Notes: a model not told the origin generated them from the letters alone. Positions 1 to 13,915 are shown, counted from the whole stretch's first letter. The stretch: DNA of 63,485 nt, filler included, from Octopus bimaculoides (GCF_001194135.2; 5 parts of 4 records of this genome joined end to end with filler, not necessarily neighbours in it); one strand, 5' to 3'. A program made the numbers and translations.

Positions 1-299
1 AATCTAGCAGAGATTTTTCTGTAAAGTGTCATCAAAAGGTGAAAGCAAATGAAATATGAAGTCGGTAAAGGCAAACCCGTTTGGTCTGCACCCGGGGTAT
101 CAGATCAAAATTTCCAAGCAACTTTCTCATGGGTAGGTACTCCAATGAATGACATTTTCAAGTAGTAGTCGTAGAGAGAGAGAGAGAGGGAGGGGGAGAG
201 AGAGAGAGAGGGAGAGAGAGAGAGAGAGAGAGAGAAAGAAAGAAAGAAAGTAAGAAAACTCGACTGCTAGAACCGTTCAAAAAGTTACTGTAACAAGAG

Positions 300-935
300 G
301 AGAATGCAAGAACCGAGGGAAGAACAATAGAACAAGCAAATGGAAAGAGATGGAATTACAAAGCCAATTCATGCAACAAACAGACGATGTTTAGAAGTGA
401 AGAACGCTGTGTTTGGCTAACAGTCGGGAGCTAGAAACGAAAGACTGAAATGTTAATCGTAAACCGCTCGGGAACAAACCATCAGAACAAGTCTGATAAG
501 AGCAAAGATCGACAAAACTTAGTCAGATAGTGAATGTAGAATCTCCAGGAAAGGAGACGTAAGCATCAGTTATTCTTGAATGAGTGCAGTATACTAGCGC
601 AAAAGGAGTATAAGCGCAGGCATGACTGTGTAGGTAAAAGAGTGCATTGGGATATTAGTTTAGTGTGTGGCTTCAAAATAACAAAAAAGTAGTATAAACA
701 CGAACTAGAAGCTGTGAAAAAGAATAGGAATTACAGAATTTGATGACACTTCTCTCATAAAGATTGATCATACTATTGGAGCAAGGAGACTAAATATGAT
801 TGAAGAGGACAAAGGAAAGAGTGTAAGATTTAGCAATACCATATAACAGAGTAGATACCAAAGAAATTGAAAAATACCAGGACCTAGATCGAGAAATAAA
901 ATGATTCTTGAGCACAAATGTGACAATTGTCCTCA
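300..935 (+). mobile_element. Degenerate R4/Dong-like non-LTR retrotransposon, C-terminal zinc-knuckle and restriction-like endonuclease (REL) region
   Basis: Manual translation across stops and frameshifts gives EQTIRTSLIRAKIDKT*SDSECRI, ECSILAQKEYKRRHDCVGKRVHWDI (from 582), IKIDHTIGARRLN and LAIPYNRVDTKEIEKYQDLDREIK. These match the KRRHD..VHW and KYQDL motifs of R4/Dong ORF C-termini. Confidence 0.8.
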
Positions 936-1069
936 AGAATATGTCTTAGGGTTCGTGCAGAATCTTTCGTTTTAGGGTAATTTGCATAGTAGATAAAATA
1001 GGTCAAGTTAGCAACCATGGCGATCTACACGAGTGTTTCTTATCCCAAACAACTAAGAAATGTTGGCTA

Positions 1070-1231
1070 CGAATTTTGACACAAGGCCAGTAATTTCGGC
1101 AGAGGGAGCAAGACGATTCCATCTACTCCAGTGCTCAACTGATACTTATTTTATAGGCTCCGAAAGGATGAAAGGCAAAGTCTTCCTCGGCGTTTTGACC
1201 AGCGTGCTAATGGTTCTGCCAGCTCGCCGCC
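1070..1231 (-). mobile_element. tRNA-derived SINE family A, internally deleted old copy
   Basis: Reverse complement of the family A head GGCGGCGAGCTGGCAGAA and of the GCCTTTCATCCTTTCGG domain. Confidence 0.75.
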
Positions 1232-1409
1232 CTATAGATTAACAATGTTAAAATATAAACAAACTGTTTTGAAGACTCTCTTTGTAATGAAATATTTTAA
1301 GACTATGCCTTATCGCCGATTCTTTGTGTATCTACCATACTCTCATTCTAATTGCAGACAAATTATTTTTATTCTTTACTTTGGAAAAACTAGCTTTTTG
1401 ATACATACG

Positions 1410-1620
1410 TACGAGGTGGGTGCTGAAAAGTTCCTGGCTTTAAGAGTATTGTGAAAGGCTTATTTGGAGGCTTAACCATCCGAGTTCTTTTACGGGGCTT
1501 AGAAAAGCTGAAGGCCTGCTTCAATAAGTATGTCAGTCTGAGAGGGGAATACGAGGTTCGATCAATAAGTATCCGGACTGTTGCTGTAGTAATGAAGCTA
1601 AAGCACGTAGAGTAAAGCCA
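1410..1620 (+). mobile_element. Mariner-derived MITE remnant interrupted by a second mariner-type terminus
   Basis: Two TACGAGG mariner-type ends at 1410 and 1550. The sequence just before the second encodes GLEKLKACFNKYVSLRGEY, resembling the mariner transposase C-terminus. Confidence 0.6.
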
Positions 1621-2059
1621 TGTATGTTATACACATATACATACATGTGTTTTGTTTTTATTTTTACGTTTCCAATTTATATATATATATATATATATAC
1701 ACATATGAGAGAGAGAGAGGGGGGGTGCAGAACAAGGTATTTTCCCAGCTGTGTGACTGAAAAACTAGTTTGTAATTAAGTCAGTGTTAACATCTTCAAT
1801 TCAGGAGGCATTAAATGGCTAATTAGAAATAATTATGTGAAGAAGGAAAAAAAAGTAATCAATGGCTAATATTATTTCTCCTGCTTCAAATACAGTCTCC
1901 ACATTAGGGTTACAATCTTCCACACACAACGTTGGTAACTGGCGTTATCCGCTCTAGTCCGAGTCTACATACATATATATATATATATATAAATACGCGC
2001 GCGCACACACACACGCGCACACACACACACACACACGCACACACAAACACAGAGCCACT

Positions 2060-3445
2060 CTAACCTTTTCCTTAAAAAGAGTTGCCCTTATACAATATTT
2101 CAGATACAAAACGAATCTATTCTTGGTATATTTTCGGTCTTTATTGTACCTGTGCATTTTCCACTTGTACCTGTTAACTTTCCTCTGATATTGCTGCACC
2201 TTTTGTGTCCAAAGCTTATACTGGGTACATCTTATGGAGTTTCTACCTACGCCTATTCTACAGATCGAGCAGAGCCATCTACCTGAAGGGACTTGTGGTT
2301 TGTCTGCCTTCCTACTTACTAAGACTGGTTTTTGCTACGTTAAGTCTAAGGCCCTTTGATTCTAGACCTTGCTTCCCTACCTGGAACTTCTCTAGTTCTG
2401 GTAGTGATTCAGCTATAAGAGCAAGATCATCAACATAGAGGAGCTCCCGGGGGGAGCCTGTCTTAAAATCCTCTGTTAATGCCTGGAGGACTATAATGAA
2501 CAAGAGAGGGTTGAGGATTGATCCTTGGTGAACCCCTACTTGTACCCTGAATTCTTCGCTGTATTCGTTGCCAACCCTCACCTTACTGGTAGCTTTCCTG
2601 TACAAAGCTTGTACAACTCTCACCTGGTCACCAGATAAGGGATCGGAGAACCCTGTCAAAGGCTTTCTCCAAGTCAACAAAAGCCAAGTACAGAGGTTTA
2701 TCTTTGGCTAGGTATCTCTCCTGCAGCTGCCTTACCAGAAATATAGCATCAGTCATGCTTCTCCCTGGCACAAAATGAAACTGCATCTCATCTAGACTAA
2801 CTCTCTCCCTAACTATTTAGGCTATGACTCTGTAACTTTCATCACCTGATCCAACAATTTGATACCTCTGTAATAATTTCTAAGACGTCACCTTTACCTT
2901 TGTAGCAGTTGACTATGGTGCTGTTACACCAGTCATTGGGTATGACTTCTTCGTGAACTACCTGATTTACAATACGAGTGACTAGACCATATCCCACACC
3001 GCCAGATATTTTAAGCATCTCAGCAGTGATTCCTGATGGACCGGGGCTTTCCTTGTCTTCATATCCTTATTGCTTTATCTACCAAGGTACTGGCGATTCA
3101 GGTAGTTGTTCCCTCAGTTGGGTCAACATTTGGCAGATTATCCTCTTCCCATTCATTCTCCACGTTCGGCAGTCTTTCATAAAGGCATCTCCAAGACTCT
3201 TTCTTTGCAAAATCATTAAATGCGAATGTACCATCATCCATGCGAACACATTTCTCTCCTATGACATCACAATTTTCTCTCACACACTGTCTTGCAATCC
3301 GAAACACTTCAGTTCTTTGGTCCTCACGTCGCTGAACATAGGCAGACTTCTTTTGTTTCTTCCTTGGTTAGATATACCTGTCTCTTAGCTTCCCTTCTGG
3401 ATACCTGTTAAGGTTCCCTGCTAGCCCCACTCTTGCAGGTCTTCC
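2060..3445 (-). mobile_element. RTE-clade LINE ORF2 fragment (reverse transcriptase pseudogene)
   Basis: ORFs 2312-2680 (VGVHQGSILNPLLF, ELLYVDDLALIA) and 3098-3307, plus a downstream CSICRIGVGRNSIRCTQYKLW Cys-rich segment. Multiple frameshifts. Confidence 0.9.
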
Positions 3446-3489
3446 GGGCTTTTTTCATACAAACATACATTTTATTTTTTATATGTATA

Positions 3490-3529
<40 letters not shown>

Positions 3530-5755
3530 TACATATGTGTCTGTGTGTGTATGTTCATGTGTATGTAAAATCGAACGGAAGCAGCGCTGAATGATATATA
3601 TTCGTGTAAAGATATATTTAACACATTCTAGTACACTTGGACATGTGAAGATCTTTCACTGAGGAAATATTTACGGGAGAAAATTGTTCTCCTAGATGAT
3701 ATGTGTGAAAACACTGGGCTGTGAGCGATGTCACTGGATTTCTGTTCTCTCGCTTCATCAGCTTCAGTCACTGAATCTGCCTTTCGCTGCCTGATTAAAA
3801 CAATTCGTTCTNNNNNNNNNNNNNNNNNNNNNNNNNNNNNNNNNNNNNNNNNNNNNNNNNNNNNNNNNNNNNNNNNNNNNNNNNNNNNNNNNNNNNNNNN
3901 NNNNNNNNNNNNNNNNNNNNNNNNNNNNNNNNNNNNNNNNNNNNNNNNNNNNNNNNNNNNNNNNNNNNNNNNNNNNNNNNNNNNNNNNNNNNNNNNNNNN
4001 NNNNNNNNNNNNNNNNNNNNNNNNNNNNNNNNNNNNNNNNNNNNNNNNNNNNNNNNNNNNNNNNNNNNNNNNNNNNNNNNNNNNNNNNNNNNNNNNNNNN
4101 NNNNNNNNNNNNNNNNNNNNNNNNNNNNNNNNNNNNNNNNNNNNNNNNNNNNNNNNNNNNNNNNNNNNNNNNNNNNNNNNNNNNNNNNNNNNNNNNNNNN
4201 NNNNNNNNNNNNNNNNNNNNNNNNNNNNNNNNNNNNNNNNNNNNNNNNNNNNNNNNNNNNNNNNNNNNNNNNNNNNNNNNNNNNNNNNNNNNNNNNNNNN
4301 NNNNNNNNNNNNNNNNNNNNNNNNNNNNNNNNNNNNNNNNNNNNNNNNNNNNNNNNNNNNNNNNNNNNNNNNNNNNNNNNNNNNNNNNNNNNNNNNNNNN
4401 NNNNNNNNNNNNNNNNNNNNNNNNNNNNNNNNNNNNNNNNNNNNNNNNNNNNNNNNNNNNNNNNNNNNNNNNNNNNNNNNNNNNNNNNNNNNNNNNNNNN
4501 NNNNNNNNNNNNNNNNNNNNNNNNNNNNNNNNNNNNNNNNNNNNNNNNNNNNNNNNNNNNNNNNNNNNNNNNNNNNNNNNNNNNNNNNNNNNNNNNNNNN
4601 NNNNNNNNNNNNNNNNNNNNNNNNNNNNNNNNNNNNNNNNNNNNNNNNNNNNNNNNNNNNNNNNNNNNNNNNNNNNNNNNNCAAAAAAGAAGGGTAATTT
4701 AATAATTCGATAGAGATGAATAAAGCATGTTGAAATAAGTTCTTGGTTTGGTGCTCCTGCTTGAACCCCACCCCACCCCACCCCACCCGAACCAGTAAAA
4801 GAATAATGCGTCCAGATTTGCATTATCCAATAAATTCGTTCTTTTCTTATTTTTAAGATAGCAGGGTGTGACTTGATGGAAATTTGGTTGTTATTTCGAC
4901 CGTAGGACGACCACTTCATTTGCTCGTTGGCTTGCAAGAGTATTTTTGTTTGGTATTTAATGGTTTCATCTTTTCTTTACAATAAACATTTTGTTATCAG
5001 AAACTAATCGGAGAAATTGTGAAAACCATTAGCAATCATATGGGAATTACGATACTCTATATAAGCTATAACAAGCAAAACTTCCCCAACAATTAAAAAT
5101 AAACATTCGTACTTTCTCCTTGAAATTGAGCGTGTTTATGAAAACCAATCTTTTAAAATCTGAATACAACATGATGTAGGTATATTATATAAGAAGTCCT
5201 TAATACAAATCCTTGATATCAAATTTGATACCCGATAACATATGACGGAGAGCTCAAACTATTTCTCCTGAAATGCTGCATTGTGTTGAACAAAAAGAAT
5301 TCGCTAAATTCTTTCACAGTTTCTTTTTCTTTTTGTATTTCATGGAAAGTTTTTCTTTTTTTTTTTAAATACTTTTGCTACTTTTATTTAATAATAAATG
5401 CATTCTACTTACTTCCGCTTTGAGATTAAGAAGGTGGCGGCGGCAGCGATAATCAAAGCATTGATAAAGGACGCTGCCGCTGTTACTATGATGATGATGA
5501 GGGCGGCAGGTGCCATCATTTTTTTCTTTTCTTTTCTTTCGAGCAAAATAAGGTCAAGTAGGACTATTCTTAATTGGGCTTTGACATCGAATGCTGACTT
5601 TGAAAAATTATGTCTAAGTAATTAGGATATACGAGAATTAATTAATTCATTTATTTATTTGGTTCTGTTATTGTCGCATATTCGCATTAAAGGGGTTTTC
5701 AAAAATCTCCCTCTTCCTTAACGAATATAACCAACACAATTCATTATTGATGTTG

Positions 5756-5910
5756 GAAGGCGAGTGGGTAGGCAGAATTAGTAGAGCGACAAATAGAATA
5801 TGTTGTGACATTTAAATCCCTTTAACTTCAGAATTCAAATCCCGCCCCGTTCAAATTTTGCTTTTTATCCTTCCAAGGTCGTTAAAATAATTCAGTAGTC
5901 GAGGACTGGA
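5756..5910 (+). mobile_element. SINE family A, diverged copy
   Basis: GGCAGAA head, GAATTCAAATCCC B-box-like sequence and TTTATCCTTCCAAGGTCG domain. Confidence 0.6.
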
Positions 5911-7064
5911 AATGACTTATGTCTCAAGAAAATAACTAACCTTGTGTCAGGGCAACATTAGTGATTAGTTGCGGGTCAGACTTCATTGAGCAGGCACTCC
6001 AGCCATGACCATTACGTCATATTCCCAGGCTGTGTATTCTGGAGTGTATTATTCAATGTGTCCACCTTTTTAATCATTAAAGTACAGATTAAGGAAGATT
6101 TTATTGTTGTTTCCAGCAGGTCGAGTAACCACACAGAGAATCTCCTCTCCTACACTTTAGCTCGTGTTAAATCATAAAAGAATATTTTGTTAAAATTATG
6201 CAACATTTCTCTGCTTCCTAAATCACCTGAAAACCTCAGTTTCAGGTGATAATTAAACAGTACCATCTACTAATAAAGATATTAAAGAAACCGTTCAGGG
6301 CACATTGCCAGAATAACAAATGAAACGGAGTGGCACTTTTATTTTTCTTGGAATTAAGTAAATATCAACTTCATATCCCAAAATCTCCGGATCATTTCTA
6401 GCGTTTATAAGTGGGGGCTACAGAAAATGAGAAGTAGAAGTGAAAAGAGCAGGAAAGAAAGGAGGAAGAAGAGAGGAAATAAACGAGACATAGTAAGCAG
6501 CGATTTGTAAATGGGAAGAAGAAAGCTGAGTCTGCATGTCTAAACAAGTGCTTTTTGTTCGCAGCTATTCTGTATGTTGTAGAAATTAGCTGTTAACTTC
6601 CGTCGAGAGAGAGAACAGCGTATTTCATTACTAACGGAACACGTTGAGAATCTCAAGAAACAGGATATACCAACATTTGGTGCTTCTTATATACATTGAA
6701 GACACTGCAGAAGTGTTCAGGTACACTGAGAATCTTGGAATGGTAAACGTGGACACAGCTTTCAAAAGGGATTTAGAAGAGTTCCGTCCTTCTCCATCTA
6801 CCTTTACACCCAGCTAACAACCTATCTATAGGTTTAATTGCTTGTCTTGTTTACTATCAATCTATCCAATTAACTCTCTATATTTCTATGTTTATCTATC
6901 TGCCTCTATCTCTATTTATCGTTCTGTCTATTTACATGCCTATCTAGTCTGCTATCAAATCAGTTATCTGTTAATCTATTATATATCTCTATGTCTCTCT
7001 ATCTCCCCCTCTCTCAACCTCTTCTCTATATCTCTCGATTTACCCTGCCTCTCTCTCATATATA

Positions 7065-7121
<57 letters not shown>

Positions 7122-7991
7122 CTTTATTCCGCTTTTCTCTTTCTATCTATCTATCTTTTTATTTATCTCTCTATGAGGCTATGATTCAGAATAAATTTCA
7201 TGTTTCTGATGTCTGATAATAGGTACATACAAATTAATGCTCGGGTTAACTTTCTACCTAAAAAAAAAAAAAAATTGAATCTGCTGGGGACAAACTTACA
7301 AAACACTAAGGTTTTTTTTTTTTGTGGGGCGGTCTTGTAGTCACTTTACTTGAGCTGAATTCACTACCTCTGAACATTGTGAATATGCCAACAGTTTTTA
7401 AAAGATCTAACCAACCCATACTAGCTTTAAATTTTACTGGTTTTAGATCCTGATCAACAGTGGTACAAGAGGCATTCTTCTCAAGTTGCTTTTAAATAGA
7501 TTTAGACTTCAAATACTTTGTCCAATAAATCAAAAACAAAAAAATCCAACTTGAACTGCATCCTAAAATGCTTAGATGTTATAACTGCCTAAGAGTGACA
7601 AAAGGCAAAGTTTCAATCGAGTTATATGTTTAATAGAATCAAGGTAGAGACAGGTAAGCAACTGGTATCAGGTCAGATTATCATCATTCAATACACCTGT
7701 AAGTTTTTCCACCCAGTTTATTTAGGAAAAAATATTCCAAGTTCCCCTCTCGGTTTTAGATGACATTTGAATCTGAATAGGTAACATCAGCACTGCAAAA
7801 TTAATGAATTTACCAGCGTGTATTTTAAAGATCAACTCCATTTTACAGGTCTAAATAGGGGACTCTAATGTTCAACCCAATACAACAATTCTCCGCTACC
7901 TTTTATCTTTGCAGGAGAACTCTGGTTTTGATCAAAGACTTTGTATGATAACCATTCGCCACACAGGATGGATTACTATAACACACTACAC

Positions 7992-8222
7992 GGCGGCGAG
8001 CTGGCAGAAACGTTAGCACGCCGGGCGAAATGCTTAGCGGTATTTCGTCTGCCGCTACGTTCTGAGTTCAAATTCCGCCGAGGTTGACTTTGCCTTTCAT
8101 CCTTTCGGGGTCGATTAAATAAGTACCAGTTACGCACTGGGGTCGGTATAATCGACTTAATCCCTTTGTCTGTCCTTGTTTGTCCCCTCTGTGCGTAGCC
8201 CCTTGTGGGTAGTAAAGAAATA
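7992..8222 (+). mobile_element. SINE family A, young full-length copy with TSD
   Basis: A-box-like TGGCAGAAACGTTAG and B-box GAGTTCAAATTCC. Direct repeat ACACTACAC at 7983-7991 and 8223-8231. Confidence 0.92.
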
Positions 8223-9164
8223 ACACTACACGGACAGAGTAGCATCTAACTTCATTTCTCTTCAGTAATCAATAAAGACTAGAATTGATGACTGACGACT
8301 GTAGAAAGAGTTACAGGCGCGCTCTGATTCCTTCACCAAATTTACTCTCCGAATTCCATAAATTGCTACTTTCATTATCACCAGGACTGCAATCACCACC
8401 ACCACCAGCAGGATCCCTTACTATCGCAGCAATCACCATCACTACAGAATATCAACCATTGAGTTCACAATATTTTATGAAAATGAATAGATGAGGATTG
8501 TAATAGTATTTCGTTTCCGTCCTCGTCGTCATTCTAAAAGCGGTGGCGGTGGTGATGAGCTTGATCGGACGACCTAAATTCATTCTATACAGTTACTATT
8601 AGTAATGGTAGTCAACTGAAGCTCAGTAATTAAAGTCGTAAACTATTTACGCTTCAACCGTGGAAGCCCAAGAAGTGATTCACAGCCTGACAAGATTCCA
8701 ATGACTAACGTGAGGCGGAGATCAATAGAAACGATAAGGGCGTATCGAGGCAATATCTTGCATTTATACAAGTTAAACGATGATGAACTGCATGCCGGAC
8801 GTCAAAATTTCCTAATTAATTGAAATTTCCCCTTATATTCAGAGAGAACCAATCACCTACATAACTGTTTTTGTGTTTAATAATGAGACATCATATTTCC
8901 TGACTGACAGATGCTGGAATACAATGACGAGTTCCCAGACCAGCTGTCATCCTGCTTCCATTTTTTGTTGGAGGCTTGTCATTTCACTTAGATCGTTAAT
9001 ATCCATGAGATGCGACAGCAATAAATTTAAAACATTCCAATTTATTTTGCCTTCTAAATATGTTTTACCTCTTTAAGAAATTGCTACTGCTAGCTTGGTT
9101 GGATTTAAATAGCTTTTAAAAGGTGGTGGATATTTCATTTAATTATATATATATATGAGTGTGC

Positions 9165-9215
<51 letters not shown>

Positions 9216-9404
9216 GCAATGTGAGGCCCTTATATGACTCTTGAGCCCGCCAAAGATTTGCACATTCTAATGTATAATGCACAGTTGTGCAGGCTGGCAG
9301 AAGGAACCGGTGCCACAGGATGAAGTTTTTTAGCATGTCTTTAATCCTCCAACTGAATGACACGCCTTTCCACAGGCTGCACTTGTTCAGTCGTCAACAA
9401 TAGC

Positions 9405-9965
9405 TGTATTATAATTTACAAAGGGATCGATTCCTGTGGCTTCTCTGATGGTTGACCAGGTCTGCATATCTTAAACATTTCCTCCTACAACTCACACACG
9501 TAAAAATCACTCCTCCATTTTCTACTGGTTCATTCTTTCTAAGCTTTCTCCTGATCTTCTTGTGCTTCATTCTCTCTCTCTCTTTCAAACTTCGAACAAC
9601 AACAACCGTGGCTCTTTTCCTCCATCTATTTCGGTCTTGTGTTTCTCTGTCCCAATCAACATCTGAAATGCCTGTTTGTGTCAAAACAGTTTTAAGGTAG
9701 TCTTTGAACCTCATTTTGGGTTTATGTGCTGGCTTTCTACGATTGCTCAGCTCACCATACAAAAGTTGCTTAGGAAGACTTTTATCTTTCATTCTCACCA
9801 GATGTCCACACTACTTGAAATGACTTTACAGAATGATCGATTCTACCCTCTTACTACAACTTCTCTCAAATATCTATACATCACTGGTCGCCATTCTCCA
9901 GTTTATCCCAAAAATTTTCCGAAGACAATGTTGATGGAATCGTTCTAGATGCTTCAAATGTTTAC
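9405..9965 (-). mobile_element. RTE-BovB-like LINE 3' end
   Basis: ORF 9409-9798 gives RMKDKSLPKQLLYGEL...KMRFKDYLK...DRNRWR plus a C2H2-like CVSCRRKC..LVNHQRSH. An upstream frameshifted segment reads RFHQHCLRKI. Confidence 0.85.
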
Positions 9966-10246
9966 GATAAACAACCCATGCCTCACTTCCAGCAGAACAC
10001 TTGTGTTAGAAACCTTAACTTTAGTTTGGATAGATATGCTGTGGTGCGACCAGAGTAGTGATTTTAAATGAAGAATGTCGTTCATTCCATTTTCTATCCT
10101 TCATCTATTTATATAAACTCTACGGCTACTATGGATACACCCAGTAGCAGGTGCGTTTCCACTGTATGTTGATATCAAGTAGTCAATAACTGTGGACGAG
10201 TTTTGCATAGCATTCTAAGAGGTTTTTACAAAAATCTTATTCAACT

Positions 10247-10283
<37 letters not shown>

Positions 10284-10739
10284 NNNNNNNNNNTACGTGA
10301 CTGTATCTGTAAATTCTTTCAGTTTGAAAATGAAGCAGGCGTCTTCTTGGCTTTCTGAACCCTTCTTCGTTGTTTTTGACTCTACTTGTTGAAATCTCCA
10401 CTAATTACTGCTACCGTATGGTAGGGCCACTTAAAGCTTTTTGCGTTATTAACAGATGTAATTTAAATTTCTGAAAGCCATCAAAGGTCACCCGATATAA
10501 AGGTAATGGAAGCTGACCTTTATACTACAAATGTATTAAAGTTGAGCTCTCTACACCTAATCTCAGTAACCAGCAGTGACCTATCTTGACACGTCTACCT
10601 GGAAACTGCCAAAGTATGTCAATATTTTCACTTTCATTTTCTGACCATAAAACAAAAGAATACGTTATCAATACTACCAAAGACTGGATCTTGAATATGT
10701 TTAGGCACTAAAATATTTTATCATTTTCCACGATTTCAC

Positions 10740-10771
<32 letters not shown>

Positions 10772-11486
10772 TAGATTCTATTAAATAATATAAGGTTATT
10801 TTCCTTTTTACCAAAGCGTGAAAACATCGCAGATGTAAAATTAAGCGCCTGAATCTTGACAATTATTTACAGTACTTGAACTGTTTAATGTATAATCGTT
10901 ACACATTAATATCTGAAAATAAGTTCATTGATAAGCGAAACAAACAGAATCTTAGGAAATGATTTTGTGTCAACAGATTGAAACAATTCACGAACTGGAA
11001 TATTTTACTAGGAGGAAGTAAACTCGAATGTTACGAGGAGGTCCGCTCGAAGACGTCGGATTGTGGTGAATGTCTGTTAATTATTGTTTAGCCCTATGTC
11101 AGCCATGATCGGGAAGATCCATGATCTAAGATGTTCCAACCATGACTAGGTCTTGGACTACATTGCCAAATGTATCTTTCACTCTTTAAAAACAACAGGA
11201 CGGCGGTTCTCAAACGATATATTTCTACGTACTGGTGCACCACTAAAGGGTTCCACAATTTTTTTTAAACTAACAATAAATGTCAAAAACGGTAGTCAAA
11301 TACTTTTACTTGTATCCATCATTGAACTGCGCCAATGCTGGAGCATGGCCTTCAAGTATAACAAATCGGTCATACCAACCCGGCTGCTTCTCTCAATCTA
11401 ATATTTTACTGACTTTTATTTATTGTATTGCTTGTTGTTTTTGACATGCCGCTTTACCATGTTATATACGCACAAACATGTCTGTG

Positions 11487-11529
<43 letters not shown>

Positions 11530-12384
11530 AGGCAGAAATATAGTCGTCACTAAAGTGGCAAAGGGCGTTAATCAGCACCAGTATTGCTAGAAATAAGAGT
11601 CAAAACAGCTCAATAACCACGAAAAGCACTATCTTAATGACTGGCAAAGTAGTCTTTTGCATTNNNNNNNNNNNNNNNNNNNNNNNNNNNNNNNNNNNNN
11701 NNNNNNNNNNNNNNNNNNNNNNNNNNNNNNNNNNNNNNNNNNNNNNNNNNNNNNNNNNNNNNNNNNNNNNNNNNNNNNNNNNNNNNNNNNNNNNNNNNNN
11801 NNNNNNNNNNNNNNNNNNNNNNNNNNNNNNNNNNNNNNNNNNNNNNNNNNNNNNNNNNNNNNNNNNNNNNNNNNNNNNNNNNNNNNNNNNNNNNNNNNNN
11901 NNNNNNNNNNNNNNNNNNNNNNNNNNNNNNNNNNNNNNNNNNNNNNNNNNNNNNNNNNNNNNNNNNNNNNNNNNNNNNNNNNNNNNNNNNNNNNNNNNNN
12001 NNNNNNNNNNNNNNNNNNNNNNNNNNNNNNNNNNNNNNNNNNNNNNNNNNNNNNNNNNNNNNNNNNNNNNNNNNNNNNNNNNNNNNNNNNNNNNNNNNNN
12101 NNNNNNNNNNNNNNNNNNNNNNNNNNNNNNNNNNNNNNNNNNNNNNNNNNNNNNNNNNNNNNNNNNNNNNNNNNNNNNNNNNNNNNNNNNNNNNNNNNNN
12201 NNNNNNNNNNNNNNNNNNNNNNNNNNNNNNNNNNNNNNNNNNNNNNNNNNNNNNNNNNNNNNNNNNNNNNNNNNNNNNNNNNNNNNNNNNNNNNNNNNNN
12301 NNNNNNNNNNNNNNNNNNNNNNNNNNNNNNNNNNNNNNNNNNNNNNNNNNNNNNNNNNNNNNNNNNNNNNNNNNNNNNNNNNNN

Positions 12385-12425
<41 letters not shown>

Positions 12426-12426
12426 G

Positions 12427-12575
12427 CAGGGGCCAGCCCTATGGTTGGTGGCGCCCCGGGCAAGCTGAACTTCGGTGTGTACAAGCTGACGGTCGAGGAA
12501 ATTTCCTTGTCTTTGTCAAGCCCTCCTTGGCGCCTCCTAGCACATGGCGCCCCGGGCGACTACCCAAGTTGCTGG
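12427..12575 (+). mobile_element. Possible hAT-like MITE remnant
   Basis: Starts CAGGGGCCAGCCCT and has recurring GGCGCC(C) motifs in a GC-rich patch. No right TIR or TSD found. Confidence 0.35.
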
Positions 12576-12852
12576 TACTTTGTATGCATGCATATATGTT
12601 TCAAAATAGAATATGGAAACGATTTACAGAGAACAAAAGACAAATAAACATGGGAATTCTCATCGGCCATGGAGACCACATCCATAATTTTGGTGTGTTT
12701 AGAATGTAAAGATTTTAAATGTCATGATACTAGTTATCAGGATGCATTAGCGATATATGGAATATCACCGAGATGGATAAACAAGGACTAAAAAGTGAAG
12801 GACAACGACTTACAAGTGAAACGAAATTTGCGGACAGAAACAATTCGGTAAA

Positions 12853-13083
12853 GGCGGCGAGCTGTCAGAAACGTTAGCGCGCCGGACGAAATGCTTAGCG
12901 GTATTTCGTCTGCCGTTACGTTCCGAGTTCAAATTCCGCCCAGGTCGACTTTGCCTTTCATCTTTTCGGGGTCGATAAATTAAGTACCAGTTGCGCACTG
13001 GGGTCGGTGTTAACGACTTAATCCCTTTGTCTGTCCTTGTTTGTTCCCTCTATATTTAGCCCCTTGTGGGCAATAAAGAAATA
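12853..13083 (+). mobile_element. SINE family A, young full-length copy with TSD
   Basis: Close match to the 7992 copy. AATTCGGTAA is repeated at 12842-12851 and 13094-13103. Confidence 0.92.
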
Positions 13084-13224
13084 AGAAACAACTAATTCGG
13101 TAACAAAAGAAATATAAATAAACAAATGAATGTACAAACACACATTCATGTGTGTATTGTATGTGAGAGAGAGGAGAGAGAGAGAGAGAGACAGAGAGAC
13201 AGACAGACAGACAGGTTTTGCCAA

Positions 13225-13350
13225 GGATTCTGACAACCAATTTGCTCAGAAAATATTGGAGAACTTGAAACTCCGGCATACCGTGGGATCGAACATGGAA
13301 CCACGTGGGTTGTGAAGCAAACTTTTTGACCGCATAGTTGTATCTGCCTC
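13225..13350 (-). mobile_element. SINE family B head fragment
   Basis: Reverse complement contains AAGTTTGCTTCACAACCCACGTGGTTCCATGTTCGATCCCAC (tRNA-like, B box). Confidence 0.55.
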
Positions 13351-13539
13351 TCCAATTACACCCATCCTATTCAAAAATTAAAAAGGATACGGAATAACTG
13401 GGTGCGGTTTGATCAGGTCTTAATGATGGCTTAATTTGGGGTTGAATAGCAACGACCAAAACAACAGCAACAACAATAATTCGTCTTCCAAGAATAAACT
13501 TTAAAAAAAAAACAAACAAAAAAGATACGACTGTTTCAG

Positions 13540-13745
13540 AAACTCTTAAACATTTTTTAGTGTGATCAGGTTGTTGATGAAAGACATTCCACGCGTGACC
13601 ATCCTGTCATTTTATAGTTATTATGTATATCAAGGTCCAAATCCTAATTTGAACAAGTGTCCTTCATTTCTCAGACGTGAGGGCGTACTTGTAGAGACTT
13701 GACTGCTATTTCTAGCAGACCGAGCGACTGCGTAGTGGCTCCACC
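13540..13745 (+). repeat. Dispersed unclassified repeat; related pieces at about 5960-6140 (+), 11085-11220 (+) and 24395-24480 (-)
   Basis: Shared motifs TTCCA-C-(C/G)TGACCAT and CTATTTCTAGCAG-(T/C)CGAG seen by eye in several places. Confidence 0.45.
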
Positions 13746-13794
13746 CCGGGCACGGCCTTGGCTTTGAATAATAATAATTATCATTATTATAGTT

Positions 13795-13915
13795 TCAATT
13801 TTCGGCACAAGGCCAGCAGGTTCAGTGAAAGGAGTAGGGCGACTTCATTGACCACGAACGGATGAAAAGCAAAGTCGACCTTGACGGAACTTCAACTCAA
13901 GAGCATAAAGACATG
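13795..13915 (-). mobile_element. SINE family A fragment (CCTTGTGCC..AATTTGAAAC tail type)
   Basis: GGATGAAAAGCAAAGTCGACCTTG and TTTCAATTTTCGGCACAAGGCC are reverse complements of family A segments. Confidence 0.6.

Noticed and set aside
3735-3765. CTGATGA...GAAA on the minus strand
   Set aside because: The intervening sequence cannot form stem II, and stems I and III are absent.
7992-8075. tRNA gene
   Set aside because: A- and B-box-like motifs are present, but the sequence continues into a multi-copy SINE body and no cloverleaf is evident.
8895-9030. Possible terminal exon (acceptor-like TTTCCTGACTGACAG, short ORF MLEYNDEFPDQLSS, downstream AATAAA)
   Set aside because: Only 26 codons, no recognisable domain, and such signals are common by chance in AT-rich DNA.
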